64,000 nt of DNA from Candidatus Heimdallarchaeota archaeon (GCA_019057815.1 JAHLWR010000018.1:11328-75327); one strand, 5' to 3'. Positions 19,418 to 30,197 are shown, counted from the first letter of the stretch. Numbers and translations are program-made. The notes: generated by a model from the sequence alone, not told the origin.

Positions 19418-20383
19418 GTGAAAAAGAAGATGACAGTGCTTACTTGTTTCAATTGCAGTTCAGAAGAAATAGTAACAGATAAGGTTAGGGGAGAGTATAC
19501 CTGCTCAAACTGTGGTTTAGTAATATCAAGAATTATTGATTCGTCACCTGAATGGCGAGCATTTACAGGAGCTGAGAGAGCTAGTAGAAGCAGAGTTGGA
19601 GCCCCTATTTCTGCGCTTAAAGCAGATTATGGCATATCATCGCAGATATGTGGTGGTAGTAGAGATATATTTGGTAACAAACTCAATCCTACTGTTGTCG
19701 CAAAAATGCGTAGGTTACGCTGGCTAAATAGACGTGATTCAAGATCACATATCCGCAATTTACGCATAGCTTTACGAGAACTTCGTAGGATAGCAAGTCA
19801 ATTAGAACTATGTGAAGAGATTGCAGAAGCAGCTGCTACAACCTATAGAAAAGCGTTAAAAGCAGATTTAATCAGGGGAAGAAGTATTGAATCAATGGTT
19901 GCGGCTGCACTCTATATTGCTGCTCGTCAGTATAGTAATCCTATTATGCTCAAAGATATTGAAAAACAAATTAACGCAGACAGAAAAGTCATTGCTCGAT
20001 GTTTCAGATTATATGTTCAAGAACTAAACATAAAACCAACACCAGTTAATCCAGCAATACTAGTAGCAAAACTATGTGATGAGCTTGAATTGACAACTCA
20101 AACACAAAATGAAGCTGTTAAAATACTAGAAGAGAGCAAATCAAAAAGATTAGATGTTGGCAAGAATCCTATGAGTATTGCAGCTGCGGCAATATATATA
20201 GCTGGAATAAGAACAGGAGAACGAAGAACCCAACAACAAGTTGCAAAAGCGGCAAAAACAACTCCAGTAACTCTAAGAAATCGTTTCAGAGAAATTGTTG
20301 ATTCCCTTGAACTTGCTAATGTTGTAGTGAAAAGAGGTGCAGCATCAGCACCAGTATATGTTCGTGACCCCTGGAAATTTTAA
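19418..20383 (+). CDS. tfb: Transcription initiation factor IIB
   Basis: CxxC..CxxCG Zn ribbon, PEWRAF, RSRVGAP, two cyclin repeats (GRSIE..VAA, GKNP..IAAA). Confidence 0.97.
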   Translation: MKKKMTVLTCFNCSSEEIVTDKVRGEYTCSNCGLVISRIIDSSPEWRAFTGAERASRSRVGAPISALKADYGISSQICGGSRDIFGNKLNPTVVAKMRRLRWLNRRDSRSHIRNLRIALRELRRIASQLELCEEIAEAAATTYRKALKADLIRGRSIESMVAAALYIAARQYSNPIMLKDIEKQINADRKVIARCFRLYVQELNIKPTPVNPAILVAKLCDELELTTQTQNEAVKILEESKSKRLDVGKNPMSIAAAAIYIAGIRTGERRTQQQVAKAAKTTPVTLRNRFREIVDSLELANVVVKRGAASAPVYVRDPWKF

Positions 20384-20521
20384 GTGTTTTCTTACTTCAG
20401 GGAATTCTTGACTTTTAGAAGAAATTAAGAGAATTTATTGTTATTTTTGTATTACGACGATGTTATTACTGTATTAATCTGATTTTAAGTATCTGTGTAC
20501 TTCTCCTAAATAGGTGTTAGT

Positions 20522-20878
20522 TTGGATATTAGAAGAATCAAGAAAAAAGTGAAGAGGAAAGATGTTTCTTTTACTCCTGAAGATTCTACACACATTCCTG
20601 GTGTAAAATTTTACTCTCTTCAAGATTTTGTTAAAGCAGAAAGGATATTTGATGAGGTTTCTCGTGGGAATTTAGTCTTTCTAAATATTGAAAGAATTTC
20701 TAATGTTCCAGAGCGGAAGATCGAATTTCTTAACTCCTTGAAACAATATTCATCTAAAATTAATGCTACCATTAAAATGGTCTCTTTAGAGACTCTTATG
20801 GTTGCTCCTGAAACTGTTCCTATCGAAATTCGTACTCTTTCATCCCAAATAGACGTTGATCAAGAAGAAGAGGTTTAG
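20522..20878 (+). CDS. sepF: Cell division protein SepF
   Basis: IFDEVSRGNLVFLNI...LMVAPETV.I pattern of archaeal SepF. Confidence 0.75.
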   Translation: MDIRRIKKKVKRKDVSFTPEDSTHIPGVKFYSLQDFVKAERIFDEVSRGNLVFLNIERISNVPERKIEFLNSLKQYSSKINATIKMVSLETLMVAPETVPIEIRTLSSQIDVDQEEEV

Positions 20879-20895
20879 GGTTGAAATAACTTCTA

Positions 20896-23658
20896 TCATA
20901 AAGTTTCTTCAATTATTCTTTTCGCTTCCTTAAGAATATCTTTTGCTTTCTCTACTTTAGGTCCCCCACCGATAGCAATGTCTCCGTTTCCTCCACTTGA
21001 GCCACCAACTATTGCAGAGAGTTTTTTCACTATATCTGATAAACTAATTTTCAATCCTTTACTTTTTGCACCGACAATTATCACTTTTTTCTTGTCATGA
21101 GTTACTAAAATACTTAATCCTTTTGGAATAGTTTTAACTGCTTCTGTTGCTTGAAAGATAAGTTCTTTTTGTCCACCGGAGGTGTTTCTTAGAATTACAT
21201 CTACATCTTTAATTTTCTCAACGTCTACTTTATTTGTTGAAAACTGCAATTCTGCTATGTGTTTATTAAGTGATTCAATAGTTTTCTTTTGTTGTTTCCA
21301 CTCTTCAAAGAATCTTTTAACTGTTTGAGGAAGCTTTTTTGGCTCAACACTTAATATAAATGAGCTGTTTTTCAGTAGTTTCTCTTGTTGCTGAACGTAT
21401 TTTATTGCAGCTTCTCCTGCTAAAATTTCCAGTCGCACAATACCATCTTGGATTCTTTCGCTACTTGTTAATTTTATCAGTCCAATGTCACTGGTATTAT
21501 CCAGATGGGTTCCACCACAAGCTTCGATATCCCAATCTTTGATTATTACAAGGCGTAATGATTTCCCGGGAACAACTCCACCTTGGTATATTGAAAATCC
21601 ATAGGTTTGTTCAGCCTCATCCCTGTCTAATTCGTCTTTTATGATACTTCTATTCTCCAGAATTATTTGGTTTGCTAGATATTCTATTTTAAGGAGATCA
21701 TCGAAAGAGATAGATTGGTAATGTGTTATATCTAATCTAGCTTTTTCTTCAGTTTTATCTGCGCCTGCTTGCCAAATATGTGAGCCCAATACAGTTTTAG
21801 TAGCATTATTAACTACATGAACTGCGGTATGATGACGCATTATTGCCATACGTCTGTTCGCATTAATTTTCCCTTGAATTATTGTATTTTCTTTAAGATT
21901 GCATTCCTCTTTTAGTTCATGGATGATAGAAGCTCCTTTCTTGAAAACATCAATAACTTCATGCTCTTTTCCATTTGCACGAATTAGACCAGTGTCGTGG
22001 ATTTGTCCTCCACCTGTAGGATAAAATAGTGTTTTATTGAGAATAAGATATTTTCCCTTTACAACATGAACTATTTTAGCTTCAAATTCAGAAGCATATA
22101 CATCTTCATAATACAAGGGTTCAGTTATATAATCAATGTCTCCTTCAAGGTCTTTATCACTAACTTTTTTAGCTTTTTGGGATGCTTTTTCAGATTCTTG
22201 AATCTCTTGTATACGTGTGTAGAAGTCTTCTGGTACATGAATATTAACATCATATTCTCTTGCTATTTCTTTTACCATTAATGGGTTTATGCCTCTTGTT
22301 TGGTACAATTCTGCAAGTGTATCAAAATTAAATTGTGCTTTCTTGCTTAATAATTGGTTTACCAATCTTCGTCCTGATTTCTTAGTATCTTCATATCTTT
22401 TTGCTTCTAAATCTACTATTTTTAATATCTCATCCAAATGTTCCCCTACTCTAGGATACGATACAGAAAGAAGTTTTGTTTGAATTTCAAATATTTTAGG
22501 TATTGAAAATTCTAACTTAAAAAGTTCTTTTAAAGCTAGAATCCTTCGTAATAACACTCTTAAATTGTATCCTCCTCCTACATTGGAAGGGATAGCTCCA
22601 TCAGCAATTGTAAGGGATAAAGTGCGCGCATGATCACCTATAGCGTACATAGCTTCTTGAGGACCTAGTATAGTAATCATTTCCTCATAACTCATTCCAA
22701 GCTTCTTTGCCATATTTACTCTGGCTTCTTTCAGATTTTTGACTTCTTCAACAGCTAGTAATCCAGCAAGTTTACTATACTTAATCAGAAGTTCATGATC
22801 TGCTTTGTAACCACTTTCTTTTTGCAGATATGTTATAACTTCTGGAAATATTGCTTCATAAATAGTGGGTGTTCCTTGAGTAAACCATGAAACACGATCC
22901 AAACCCCAACCAACATCAATTACTTGCATATCGAGTTTTTTTACGACGCTATTTTCAAATCCATATGAGATGAAAACATTATTTACTAATTCAGTACCAT
23001 AAGCCATAGCTTCAAGATTAGGTCCAAAGTTACCTCCTCCTACCCATATGCCCTCAGAATACGAAATATCTTCTGGTTTGAGTCCTAATTCTTCAGTAAG
23101 ATATAAGAAATTTAAATCAATGCACTTATCCATCCAATATCCACCTGTTAGACGAGCAGAATTAAATGAGTGCTGCCCAAACATTACAAAACTTGTTAGG
23201 TGTCTTGCTGTTTTTCCAATGTTGTCGATATCTGAAAATTCTCCACCTGTTCTGATACAATATTGTGGTATTACTAATGGATTTGCGGGTGGATCAATAA
23301 CACCGTCCAAAACCCAAGGTTGAAATGCAGCTATAGAGGCTATTGTAAAATCCATATCTGCTCGCCAACGGGAAACAACAGGATAATCTTTAACTAGTGA
23401 ATGCCCATGTTTAACGAAGAAATCTGTAAGACTCCTAATAGTTTGATCAAAATTTAGGTTTTTACCCTTCTTATCTAGAAATTTATACCCACCAGAACAT
23501 ATTGTATCTCCGCAGGTTTCTTGATCAATATTTAATGTCCAGAAGTGATGATTACATGTAGGACACTGCTTTCTAATGAAGCCTTTTTCGTTGAATAATT
23601 CAACTTCATAATTTTCTCGTTGAAATCGCTTCTTCAGTTCTTCTTTCGTTAGCGACAT
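20896..23658 (-). CDS. alaS: Alanine--tRNA ligase (archaeal type)
   Basis: CxxC N-terminus, ASIAAFQP, DVGWGLDR, editing HTAVH..CGGTH, C-Ala domain. Confidence 0.98.
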   Translation of the reverse strand: MSLTKEELKKRFQRENYEVELFNEKGFIRKQCPTCNHHFWTLNIDQETCGDTICSGGYKFLDKKGKNLNFDQTIRSLTDFFVKHGHSLVKDYPVVSRWRADMDFTIASIAAFQPWVLDGVIDPPANPLVIPQYCIRTGGEFSDIDNIGKTARHLTSFVMFGQHSFNSARLTGGYWMDKCIDLNFLYLTEELGLKPEDISYSEGIWVGGGNFGPNLEAMAYGTELVNNVFISYGFENSVVKKLDMQVIDVGWGLDRVSWFTQGTPTIYEAIFPEVITYLQKESGYKADHELLIKYSKLAGLLAVEEVKNLKEARVNMAKKLGMSYEEMITILGPQEAMYAIGDHARTLSLTIADGAIPSNVGGGYNLRVLLRRILALKELFKLEFSIPKIFEIQTKLLSVSYPRVGEHLDEILKIVDLEAKRYEDTKKSGRRLVNQLLSKKAQFNFDTLAELYQTRGINPLMVKEIAREYDVNIHVPEDFYTRIQEIQESEKASQKAKKVSDKDLEGDIDYITEPLYYEDVYASEFEAKIVHVVKGKYLILNKTLFYPTGGGQIHDTGLIRANGKEHEVIDVFKKGASIIHELKEECNLKENTIIQGKINANRRMAIMRHHTAVHVVNNATKTVLGSHIWQAGADKTEEKARLDITHYQSISFDDLLKIEYLANQIILENRSIIKDELDRDEAEQTYGFSIYQGGVVPGKSLRLVIIKDWDIEACGGTHLDNTSDIGLIKLTSSERIQDGIVRLEILAGEAAIKYVQQQEKLLKNSSFILSVEPKKLPQTVKRFFEEWKQQKKTIESLNKHIAELQFSTNKVDVEKIKDVDVILRNTSGGQKELIFQATEAVKTIPKGLSILVTHDKKKVIIVGAKSKGLKISLSDIVKKLSAIVGGSSGGNGDIAIGGGPKVEKAKDILKEAKRIIEETL

Positions 23659-23724
23659 TGTATCTCTGAAAGCAAAAATTGACTAAAATATAAAAAGTTG
23701 TTTAACTTGTTATCTTTCATGGTT

Positions 23725-23934
23725 TTACAGAAAACCACCAGTAACCGCTGGTAAGATTAATATTTTATCCTCTGGTTTTATTATAGTTTCCAAAGAAGGA
23801 GCTATTGTTCCGTTAATTACAACAATCAGACCTTTTTCTGGTAAATCATTTTTCTTTAGTAACTCTGCTACTGTAATTTCTTGTTCTATGAAAACTGTTA
23901 GAACAACTCCTTTCTGTGAATAACTTTTTTCCAT
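23725..23934 (-). CDS. MoaD/ThiS/SAMP-like ubiquitin-fold protein ending GG-FL
   Basis: TVAELL, VVING, EDKILILPAVTGG followed by FL-stop. Confidence 0.85.
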   Translation of the reverse strand: MEKSYSQKGVVLTVFIEQEITVAELLKKNDLPEKGLIVVINGTIAPSLETIIKPEDKILILPAVTGGFL

Positions 23935-24035
23935 ATAAGTAGATACTATAAAAAACTGATAAATGTTTTGATGGACTTACTACTTAAACGCTGGTTTTTA
24001 TTTATTACATCCCCAGAGTTAGTTTTACAGTCTAT

Positions 24036-25022
24036 TTACTTTAATGCATCCCACACATTTGGTGCTGAATCTGGATAAAATGTCTTAATATCCTTAATTA
24101 CAACCGCAAGTTGTCCTGTGTTTCCATGAATGGAATACGGCATGCGGCTGACTCTTCGAGTATCCATTGTAACTTTACGATCTATTCGAGGATATCTTTT
24201 TAGGATAATTTCGTGTGACAATTTATTTCTAACTGTTTGATTGCTAGGTATAATTAAATTATATGTCTGAGCATCGAATTCTGAGCTCGTTTTCACTCTC
24301 TGAATAATATCTTTTGCCTTTTTCTTAGCTATACCTATTTCAACAAGATTTTCTTCTGAAGAATTAAGCAAATAGGATTTCGCAATTATAGTATAAATAC
24401 GATCCCTCAGTGGTTTTGCCTCGTTAGGAATTTCTTCGATTGTTTGAGTTCTTTTTTGGTCATGAACCATCGTTAAATAATTTAAAATTGCAACTCGTTG
24501 AGCTTGATCAAAATTATTTGCGATTTTATCTTTAATCCAACCATGTACCCCTCTTCTTCCTGAAAATAACCAAGTTATATCTGTAAATCCAAAATCTTGT
24601 CTCATTGTTTCATCTATAAATAGCACTGTATCTTGGACAAGAGACCAACAATCAGTACAATATGCGTAACCTTGACAACCACAAGTTCTAACAAGATCAA
24701 AATCATTTATATCAATATCATAAATGAATTCTCGAAATTTCCACTTTATTTTCTGTATTGGAGAATACCTTGAAGGCGATTGCTCATATACAGCACCTAC
24801 ATAAGCGTGTTTTACAGACTTTGTAGCCATAAATTCCCTTAATTCTTTAGTGTTTTCAAAAGAAATATTTCTTATGAATCTATCCTCTCCAACAACAAAA
24901 CCGAATTCTCTATTTTTAAAATCAGATAATCCTATAAACGCCATGAATTTATCTAAAGGGAATTTTGTTCTATAGAACTCTGAAATTATTTCTGGTGTTA
25001 ATTCATCATTCATTTTTTTCAC
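24036..25022 (-). CDS. priS: DNA primase catalytic subunit
   Basis: REFGF, YDID, C-x-C..CxxCW, SGRRGVH, IDRKVT. Confidence 0.95.
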   Translation of the reverse strand: MKKMNDELTPEIISEFYRTKFPLDKFMAFIGLSDFKNREFGFVVGEDRFIRNISFENTKELREFMATKSVKHAYVGAVYEQSPSRYSPIQKIKWKFREFIYDIDINDFDLVRTCGCQGYAYCTDCWSLVQDTVLFIDETMRQDFGFTDITWLFSGRRGVHGWIKDKIANNFDQAQRVAILNYLTMVHDQKRTQTIEEIPNEAKPLRDRIYTIIAKSYLLNSSEENLVEIGIAKKKAKDIIQRVKTSSEFDAQTYNLIIPSNQTVRNKLSHEIILKRYPRIDRKVTMDTRRVSRMPYSIHGNTGQLAVVIKDIKTFYPDSAPNVWDALK

Positions 25023-26343
25023 CAGATTGTTTTTCTTTATCTTTTGTTACATGAAATCGTTTATACGCCAGAGTGCTGTACTGAACCATATGATTAATTC
25101 TTCCACTTTTTATGGTCCAACCAGTATGAAGCTGAAAATATCTTGCACATGCAGATTGAAAACGATTATTCACTATTATCTTAGAAATATCATCAATGGA
25201 AGAATCTATCATTTCTTCCTTTTTGTCTTTGAATCTAATTTTAATATCTTCAGAAATATCTTCTAGTTTTTTATGAGCAAAATAGCAATAATAACCATCT
25301 ATACAAGTTTTACATTTAGGAGATCTGTAGTCTATCCCTCCTCCTGTTTGACCGTATATATGCCTTATTTGGTATCCAATGCGATTAACAAATTCATCAA
25401 AAGTTAGACCAACATTATCTACTGATGTTTGATACCAAAATTTCAGCTGTTCATCTATTGGCATACCAACTTCTTTAAGAAATGTCCCTAATTGCCAATT
25501 TTCTATATGGGCTAAGTGCCCCTTATCACGAAGAATTGTTACAAGGTCGAGAATGCAAGGAGGATAACAGTCAACTTGAGTATAAACTTCTTTACTTCCA
25601 GTAAAACCGAAATCAGATAAGGAACCACCCATGCGTTTGGATTTCGCTAATTCTGTAATTTTTTGAGTTACAGGTTTAATTGTATCTGCTAAATTAGAAT
25701 CTTCATCCACAAAAACAGCTGATTTTTTAATTACATCAGAAATCTGTTTTTCAAATTCTCTTTTGACAGTTAACCTTATTTCAGATATCCTAACAACTGC
25801 CCACCCTTTGTAAAGAAGAGCCTTCTTAGCAGATATAACAGAGGGTATTTTATTGAATCGTATGGCTACTCTTTTGTACAAATCTCTTTTTGCTGTGCCA
25901 GAGTATCTTCTTGCTCTTCTACTAGGTACATCTGCAAGATTAAACTGTCTATAGAGATTTATTTGATAGAAATCGTTAAGCTCTTGTATTGTCTTTACAT
26001 TTTCTTCTCCATAGAGGTCTTTCAGAACATTTATTTTCTCATCGAAATTTACACTTGACATAAAACGAAATTCGAATAAATCACCCTCTACTTCTACAAG
26101 CCATCCTGAAATACGTTGATTTGTCGAAGCTGAAAGACGAAGTAGAAAGTGACCCCCAATCTCTTGTACTTTAACTATCTCCCACTCCTCATCAGAAAAA
26201 CTAGTGGGACGGTTGATTATCCAAGGATCACCCTTTATAAAACGATCAATTCTAGTATCTGCATACTCTATCCAATTTTTAACATCTACAGTAATCTCAC
26301 CGGGTTCTTTGAGAACATACCAGTCAGGGAGCTCGATAGACAT
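25006..26343 (-). CDS. priL: DNA primase large subunit with Fe-S domain
   Basis: YPPCI, HLAH, YQIRHIYG, PKC; overlaps priS. Confidence 0.92.
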   Translation of the reverse strand: MSIELPDWYVLKEPGEITVDVKNWIEYADTRIDRFIKGDPWIINRPTSFSDEEWEIVKVQEIGGHFLLRLSASTNQRISGWLVEVEGDLFEFRFMSSVNFDEKINVLKDLYGEENVKTIQELNDFYQINLYRQFNLADVPSRRARRYSGTAKRDLYKRVAIRFNKIPSVISAKKALLYKGWAVVRISEIRLTVKREFEKQISDVIKKSAVFVDEDSNLADTIKPVTQKITELAKSKRMGGSLSDFGFTGSKEVYTQVDCYPPCILDLVTILRDKGHLAHIENWQLGTFLKEVGMPIDEQLKFWYQTSVDNVGLTFDEFVNRIGYQIRHIYGQTGGGIDYRSPKCKTCIDGYYCYFAHKKLEDISEDIKIRFKDKKEEMIDSSIDDISKIIVNNRFQSACARYFQLHTGWTIKSGRINHMVQYSTLAYKRFHVTKDKEKQSGEKNE

Positions 26344-26382
26344 ATTATCGTTCCTTATTTCTAATCATATCAACACTCAAGA

Positions 26383-27525
26383 CTACTTATTAAAAAATTT
26401 CTCTAAAGTTCTTTGTTCACAAGTAATTTTTCTAATATTGGAGATTTTTACTCCTATTAGACGTATATCTGAAGGTTTTACGTCTTTATACTCGAGAAGT
26501 AATTTTTTGATTGCATAACTTACACTTCTTTCATCATTACAGTAACATGGAATTGTATGACTTCGAGTATCTGTTTTGAAACTTCTGAACCTAATTTTTA
26601 ATGTAATAGTACGATATTGCATATTCTTTTTTTGAGCTGAAGAAACAATGGTTTTAATAGAATCATTTAGATAATACCAAACATCTTTCCACTTTGTTAG
26701 TGGGTTGAAAAATGTTCTTTCATCACTAATTGATTTACAATCTCTTCGAGAGAATTTATCATCACTCATTTCTTCTGTATTATAACCATTAACTAATTTC
26801 CAAAGCCTTAACCCACTTTTTCCCCAATTATGAACAACTTTAGACAAAGATAAACTCCTCATATCTCCACAAGTGTAAACGCCTTCTTTATTAAAAAAAA
26901 ACTCTGATTTTTTCCCTACCCCAGGGATAATAGATATCTTAAGAGGGGCTAAAAAATCAACAATTTCAAAAGGTTTCACAATCTTCAATCCATCCGGTTT
27001 ATCCACACCAGAAGCTATTTTAGCTAATATTTTGTTAGGGGCTAGACCTATTGAGCAGGTTATTTTTTCTGAAGCATAAATATCATCTTTAAGTTCGTAA
27101 GCTAATTTTTCAGCTTCTTCATAGTCAGATACTATATCAAAAAGATCTAAATATGTTTCATCCACACCGGAAACCTTTATTTTTGGAGAATAATAACCAA
27201 TTATCTTCATAATATTTTTTGAAACCTTACTATAAAGTCCATGTGTGGATTTAACAATTCTAACTTCTGGACAAAGCTTTACAGCTTGTGATATGGGCAT
27301 ACCTGAATGGATTCCAAATTTTCTAGCTTCATAAGAACAAGTTGAAACTACACCTCTCTTTGTTATTGGATCTCCACCTATTATTATCGGTAATCCCTTT
27401 AACTTAGGTTGTTCTCTTATTTCGACTGAAGCAAAAAACGCATCTAAATCCATATAAAGAATTATAGAATTAAAATTGAGCTCTTTCTCAGTAACAATAG
27501 GAATAGGATTATTCTCCAATATCAT
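26383..27525 (-). CDS. dinB: Y-family DNA polymerase IV
   Basis: DLDAFFASVE, STCSYEAR.FG, GVDETYLD, LAKIAS..KPDG. Confidence 0.97.
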   Translation of the reverse strand: MILENNPIPIVTEKELNFNSIILYMDLDAFFASVEIREQPKLKGLPIIIGGDPITKRGVVSTCSYEARKFGIHSGMPISQAVKLCPEVRIVKSTHGLYSKVSKNIMKIIGYYSPKIKVSGVDETYLDLFDIVSDYEEAEKLAYELKDDIYASEKITCSIGLAPNKILAKIASGVDKPDGLKIVKPFEIVDFLAPLKISIIPGVGKKSEFFFNKEGVYTCGDMRSLSLSKVVHNWGKSGLRLWKLVNGYNTEEMSDDKFSRRDCKSISDERTFFNPLTKWKDVWYYLNDSIKTIVSSAQKKNMQYRTITLKIRFRSFKTDTRSHTIPCYCNDERSVSYAIKKLLLEYKDVKPSDIRLIGVKISNIRKITCEQRTLEKFFNK

Positions 27526-27591
27526 AGCTATAAATTAAGATTGATTTTAATATTTAAAGGTAAAAAATTAGAAGGAATTATTGAAGGAAGT

Positions 27592-29610
27592 TTATTTCCT
27601 TCTTTTCCTAACTATTATACTTGCTAAGCCAGATACTACAATAGCTGATATTATAATTATGGGGCTACTAAATTCTATAAAATCATCTGTTGATTCAGTG
27701 AATAAAACTCCAGGAGAGGGGGTCAATAATCTGAAATCATTATTACAGTTGTCAGTATCGGTTTGAGCTGGATCCCTTTGAAGAGAGCTAGATGGACCAG
27801 ATGTTCCAGACCATGCCACTACACCTGATACACTTCCTGAACCCCAAACTACAGCGTCTCTAATTATCTCATCTGGATCATAAAGGATTAACTCATCACC
27901 AGCGTTAGCAAGTATGATTTTTGTGTAGATAAAGTCTGGAAGATCATAATCTACATCCAAATCAACCATTTCACTTGTAAATACAGCTTCATCTCTTACA
28001 AAAAGGAGAACTTCGTCTGCCTTAATTATTGCATCAGTAGGTAAAATATAATCATCTTCTTTATCTGTAAATTGCCAGCTATCGATAGAAAGGGTAAAAT
28101 CGAAATAATTATACAATTCGAAGTACTCTCCACTTGGTTCAGAAACAGCATCAAATCTAACTTCAGTTATCAATAATTTCCAATCATCAGTATTGATGAC
28201 GTTTACAGATTGGTATGTTATTATATCACTACCATCAACATCTCCTGTTACTTTTATTGTATGAATTCCATCAGAAATAGATGTAGTAGTAAAATCATAT
28301 GTTACTGAACCTGTTGGGTTGCTCCATGAAGTTACTAATGATTCGTCAAAGTATAATTCACCTGATGCAAAGTCTAGCGTATTAAAGGAGATTTGAAAAG
28401 TATGGGTGCCTGAAATTATAGCTCCACTTTTAGGAGATATTATTGCTATTGGAGATAGATAACCTGAAGGTACTTCGCTTTGATCCCAATCAAAATCAAA
28501 AATTTCTTTGAAGTAGTTTGCTACATTTGGGTTTTTAACGATAGCTCCTGCCTCTCTGTTATTCACAAAAGAATTGTTGGACCAGTTTATACTTGAAATC
28601 TGTACTGTTTCACCATCAATTGAAATGTATTTGTTGTGATTATGCCCCAATCCCTTGAAAAACCTAACAGAAGCTCCAGCGTTGATTAATACTTCAGTGA
28701 CATTTTCATTGGACACTCCAGGTTTAGGGATTAAAACTCTTACAGAAACACCTCTTAAAGCAGCATCAATTAAGTCGTTTAAAGCGTCACAGTCAAATTT
28801 AATATATTGTAGTTCAACATCTATTGTACTCTGAGCAGATTGAATAAGCTCCGAAACAAGTTCATAACTATTATCTGGAGAGAATATCGGAGTAACTTCA
28901 GCATATTCTGTAATAGTAGTTTGTGTAAATGGATGGGTATATGTTCCACTATCTTCGGCTTGAAGATACCCTATATGTGGTAATCCAGTATAAGGGGTAG
29001 ATATCAACATATCATCAATAAAAACATTTTCATAATATGTAGCAATTAAGGTATCATTAAAAGCTAATCCCATCTCTCTATTTGTTCTTGCCTCTGGTGA
29101 TACTGGAATACTAGACGGTGCCCAATTACCTGAATAGACAAAAGCAGTCTGGCTATCAACAATCCAGAATTTTGCATGAGTAAATCTGAAAGTTGAACTT
29201 GTCCATAAAACATCTATACCTGCCATACTTAATCTATAAGCAGATTCTTCAGTATAATCATCTTCATATCCGCTAACTCTATCATGAGATAACAGAACAA
29301 TCACATCGACACCTCTACCTTTAGCAGCTATTAATGCATCAACTAATGCTTCACTGGATAAAGTATATACTTCAAGATAGAATGAGGTTTTAGCATTTAA
29401 TACTGAGTTATACACAACATCATAAGCTGAATCAGGACCGCTAAACATAGTTATTTTTGTGACACCGGTAAAAGTATCTGTTGTGATCTCATCGACTACT
29501 TGTTCATCAGGATGTACACTTGTATAGGCCGTAGAACTAGCAATATTGTTAGCTAAAAGTGGTATAATCAATAAAAAAGTAAGAATAAATATTTTACTGT
29601 TATATTTCAT
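27592..29610 (-). CDS. Surface-anchored phospholipase D-family protein with Ig-like and lamin-tail domains
   Basis: Signal peptide; two HKD motifs (HAKFWIVD, HNKYISID); LLITEV..GEYFELYN lamin-tail start; C-terminal TM followed by RKRRK. Confidence 0.85.
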   Translation of the reverse strand: MKYNSKIFILTFLLIIPLLANNIASSTAYTSVHPDEQVVDEITTDTFTGVTKITMFSGPDSAYDVVYNSVLNAKTSFYLEVYTLSSEALVDALIAAKGRGVDVIVLLSHDRVSGYEDDYTEESAYRLSMAGIDVLWTSSTFRFTHAKFWIVDSQTAFVYSGNWAPSSIPVSPEARTNREMGLAFNDTLIATYYENVFIDDMLISTPYTGLPHIGYLQAEDSGTYTHPFTQTTITEYAEVTPIFSPDNSYELVSELIQSAQSTIDVELQYIKFDCDALNDLIDAALRGVSVRVLIPKPGVSNENVTEVLINAGASVRFFKGLGHNHNKYISIDGETVQISSINWSNNSFVNNREAGAIVKNPNVANYFKEIFDFDWDQSEVPSGYLSPIAIISPKSGAIISGTHTFQISFNTLDFASGELYFDESLVTSWSNPTGSVTYDFTTTSISDGIHTIKVTGDVDGSDIITYQSVNVINTDDWKLLITEVRFDAVSEPSGEYFELYNYFDFTLSIDSWQFTDKEDDYILPTDAIIKADEVLLFVRDEAVFTSEMVDLDVDYDLPDFIYTKIILANAGDELILYDPDEIIRDAVVWGSGSVSGVVAWSGTSGPSSSLQRDPAQTDTDNCNNDFRLLTPSPGVLFTESTDDFIEFSSPIIIISAIVVSGLASIIVRKRRK

Positions 29611-29694
29611 ATACTATAATAGGAGAATTAATATTAAATATCTGCCGGATGAACAGATTTCAGAAGAAGGTGACTAGAAGAGTTACAATATCTA

Positions 29695-30153
29695 TTACTG
29701 TTTTTTTTCAAGAAGTTTATATACTTGTTCCACTGCATAGTGGGGGGATTGTCTCATCACAGATAGTCTTAACAGTTTTTTGTATTGATCATAATCTTGT
29801 TCACTCAGTTGCATAAATTCTAAGATTTCGCTTTTAGATAAATTATCTATATTTGGTAGAATCAAAAGTTCCTGAGCAAATTCTAATGTAGATAGTTTTT
29901 CAGAAGATGTTCGTGTGGGGTTGCCAAACATTGTTGTTAGGTAATTAATGTCTTCTTCCGATGCACCCCAAACATGAATAATATGATTGCTAGTTTCAAC
30001 AGCAGAAGCGATTTGTAGTTTAGGTTTTGCTAAAATAAAATAACCATCTTTCATATCTTCTTTCTTAACATCAGTCTTGTAATTCTCAGCTATTTTTTCC
30101 AAAATCTTAACAATATTTTCATCTAATGGAAGGATAAAAGTTGCTTTCATCAC
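29695..30153 (-). CDS. Hypothetical protein
   Basis: 152-aa ORF co-oriented with its neighbours; no motif recognised. Confidence 0.6.
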   Translation of the reverse strand: MMKATFILPLDENIVKILEKIAENYKTDVKKEDMKDGYFILAKPKLQIASAVETSNHIIHVWGASEEDINYLTTMFGNPTRTSSEKLSTLEFAQELLILPNIDNLSKSEILEFMQLSEQDYDQYKKLLRLSVMRQSPHYAVEQVYKLLEKKQ

Positions 30154-30197
30154 CTTATTTTTTATTAAGAGAATAAAATTGTTTCTAAATATAAAAT

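Noticed and set aside
20400-20520. Possible further C/D sRNA (CGATGT...CTGA)
   Set aside because: Poor C box, no C'/D' pair and no terminal stem
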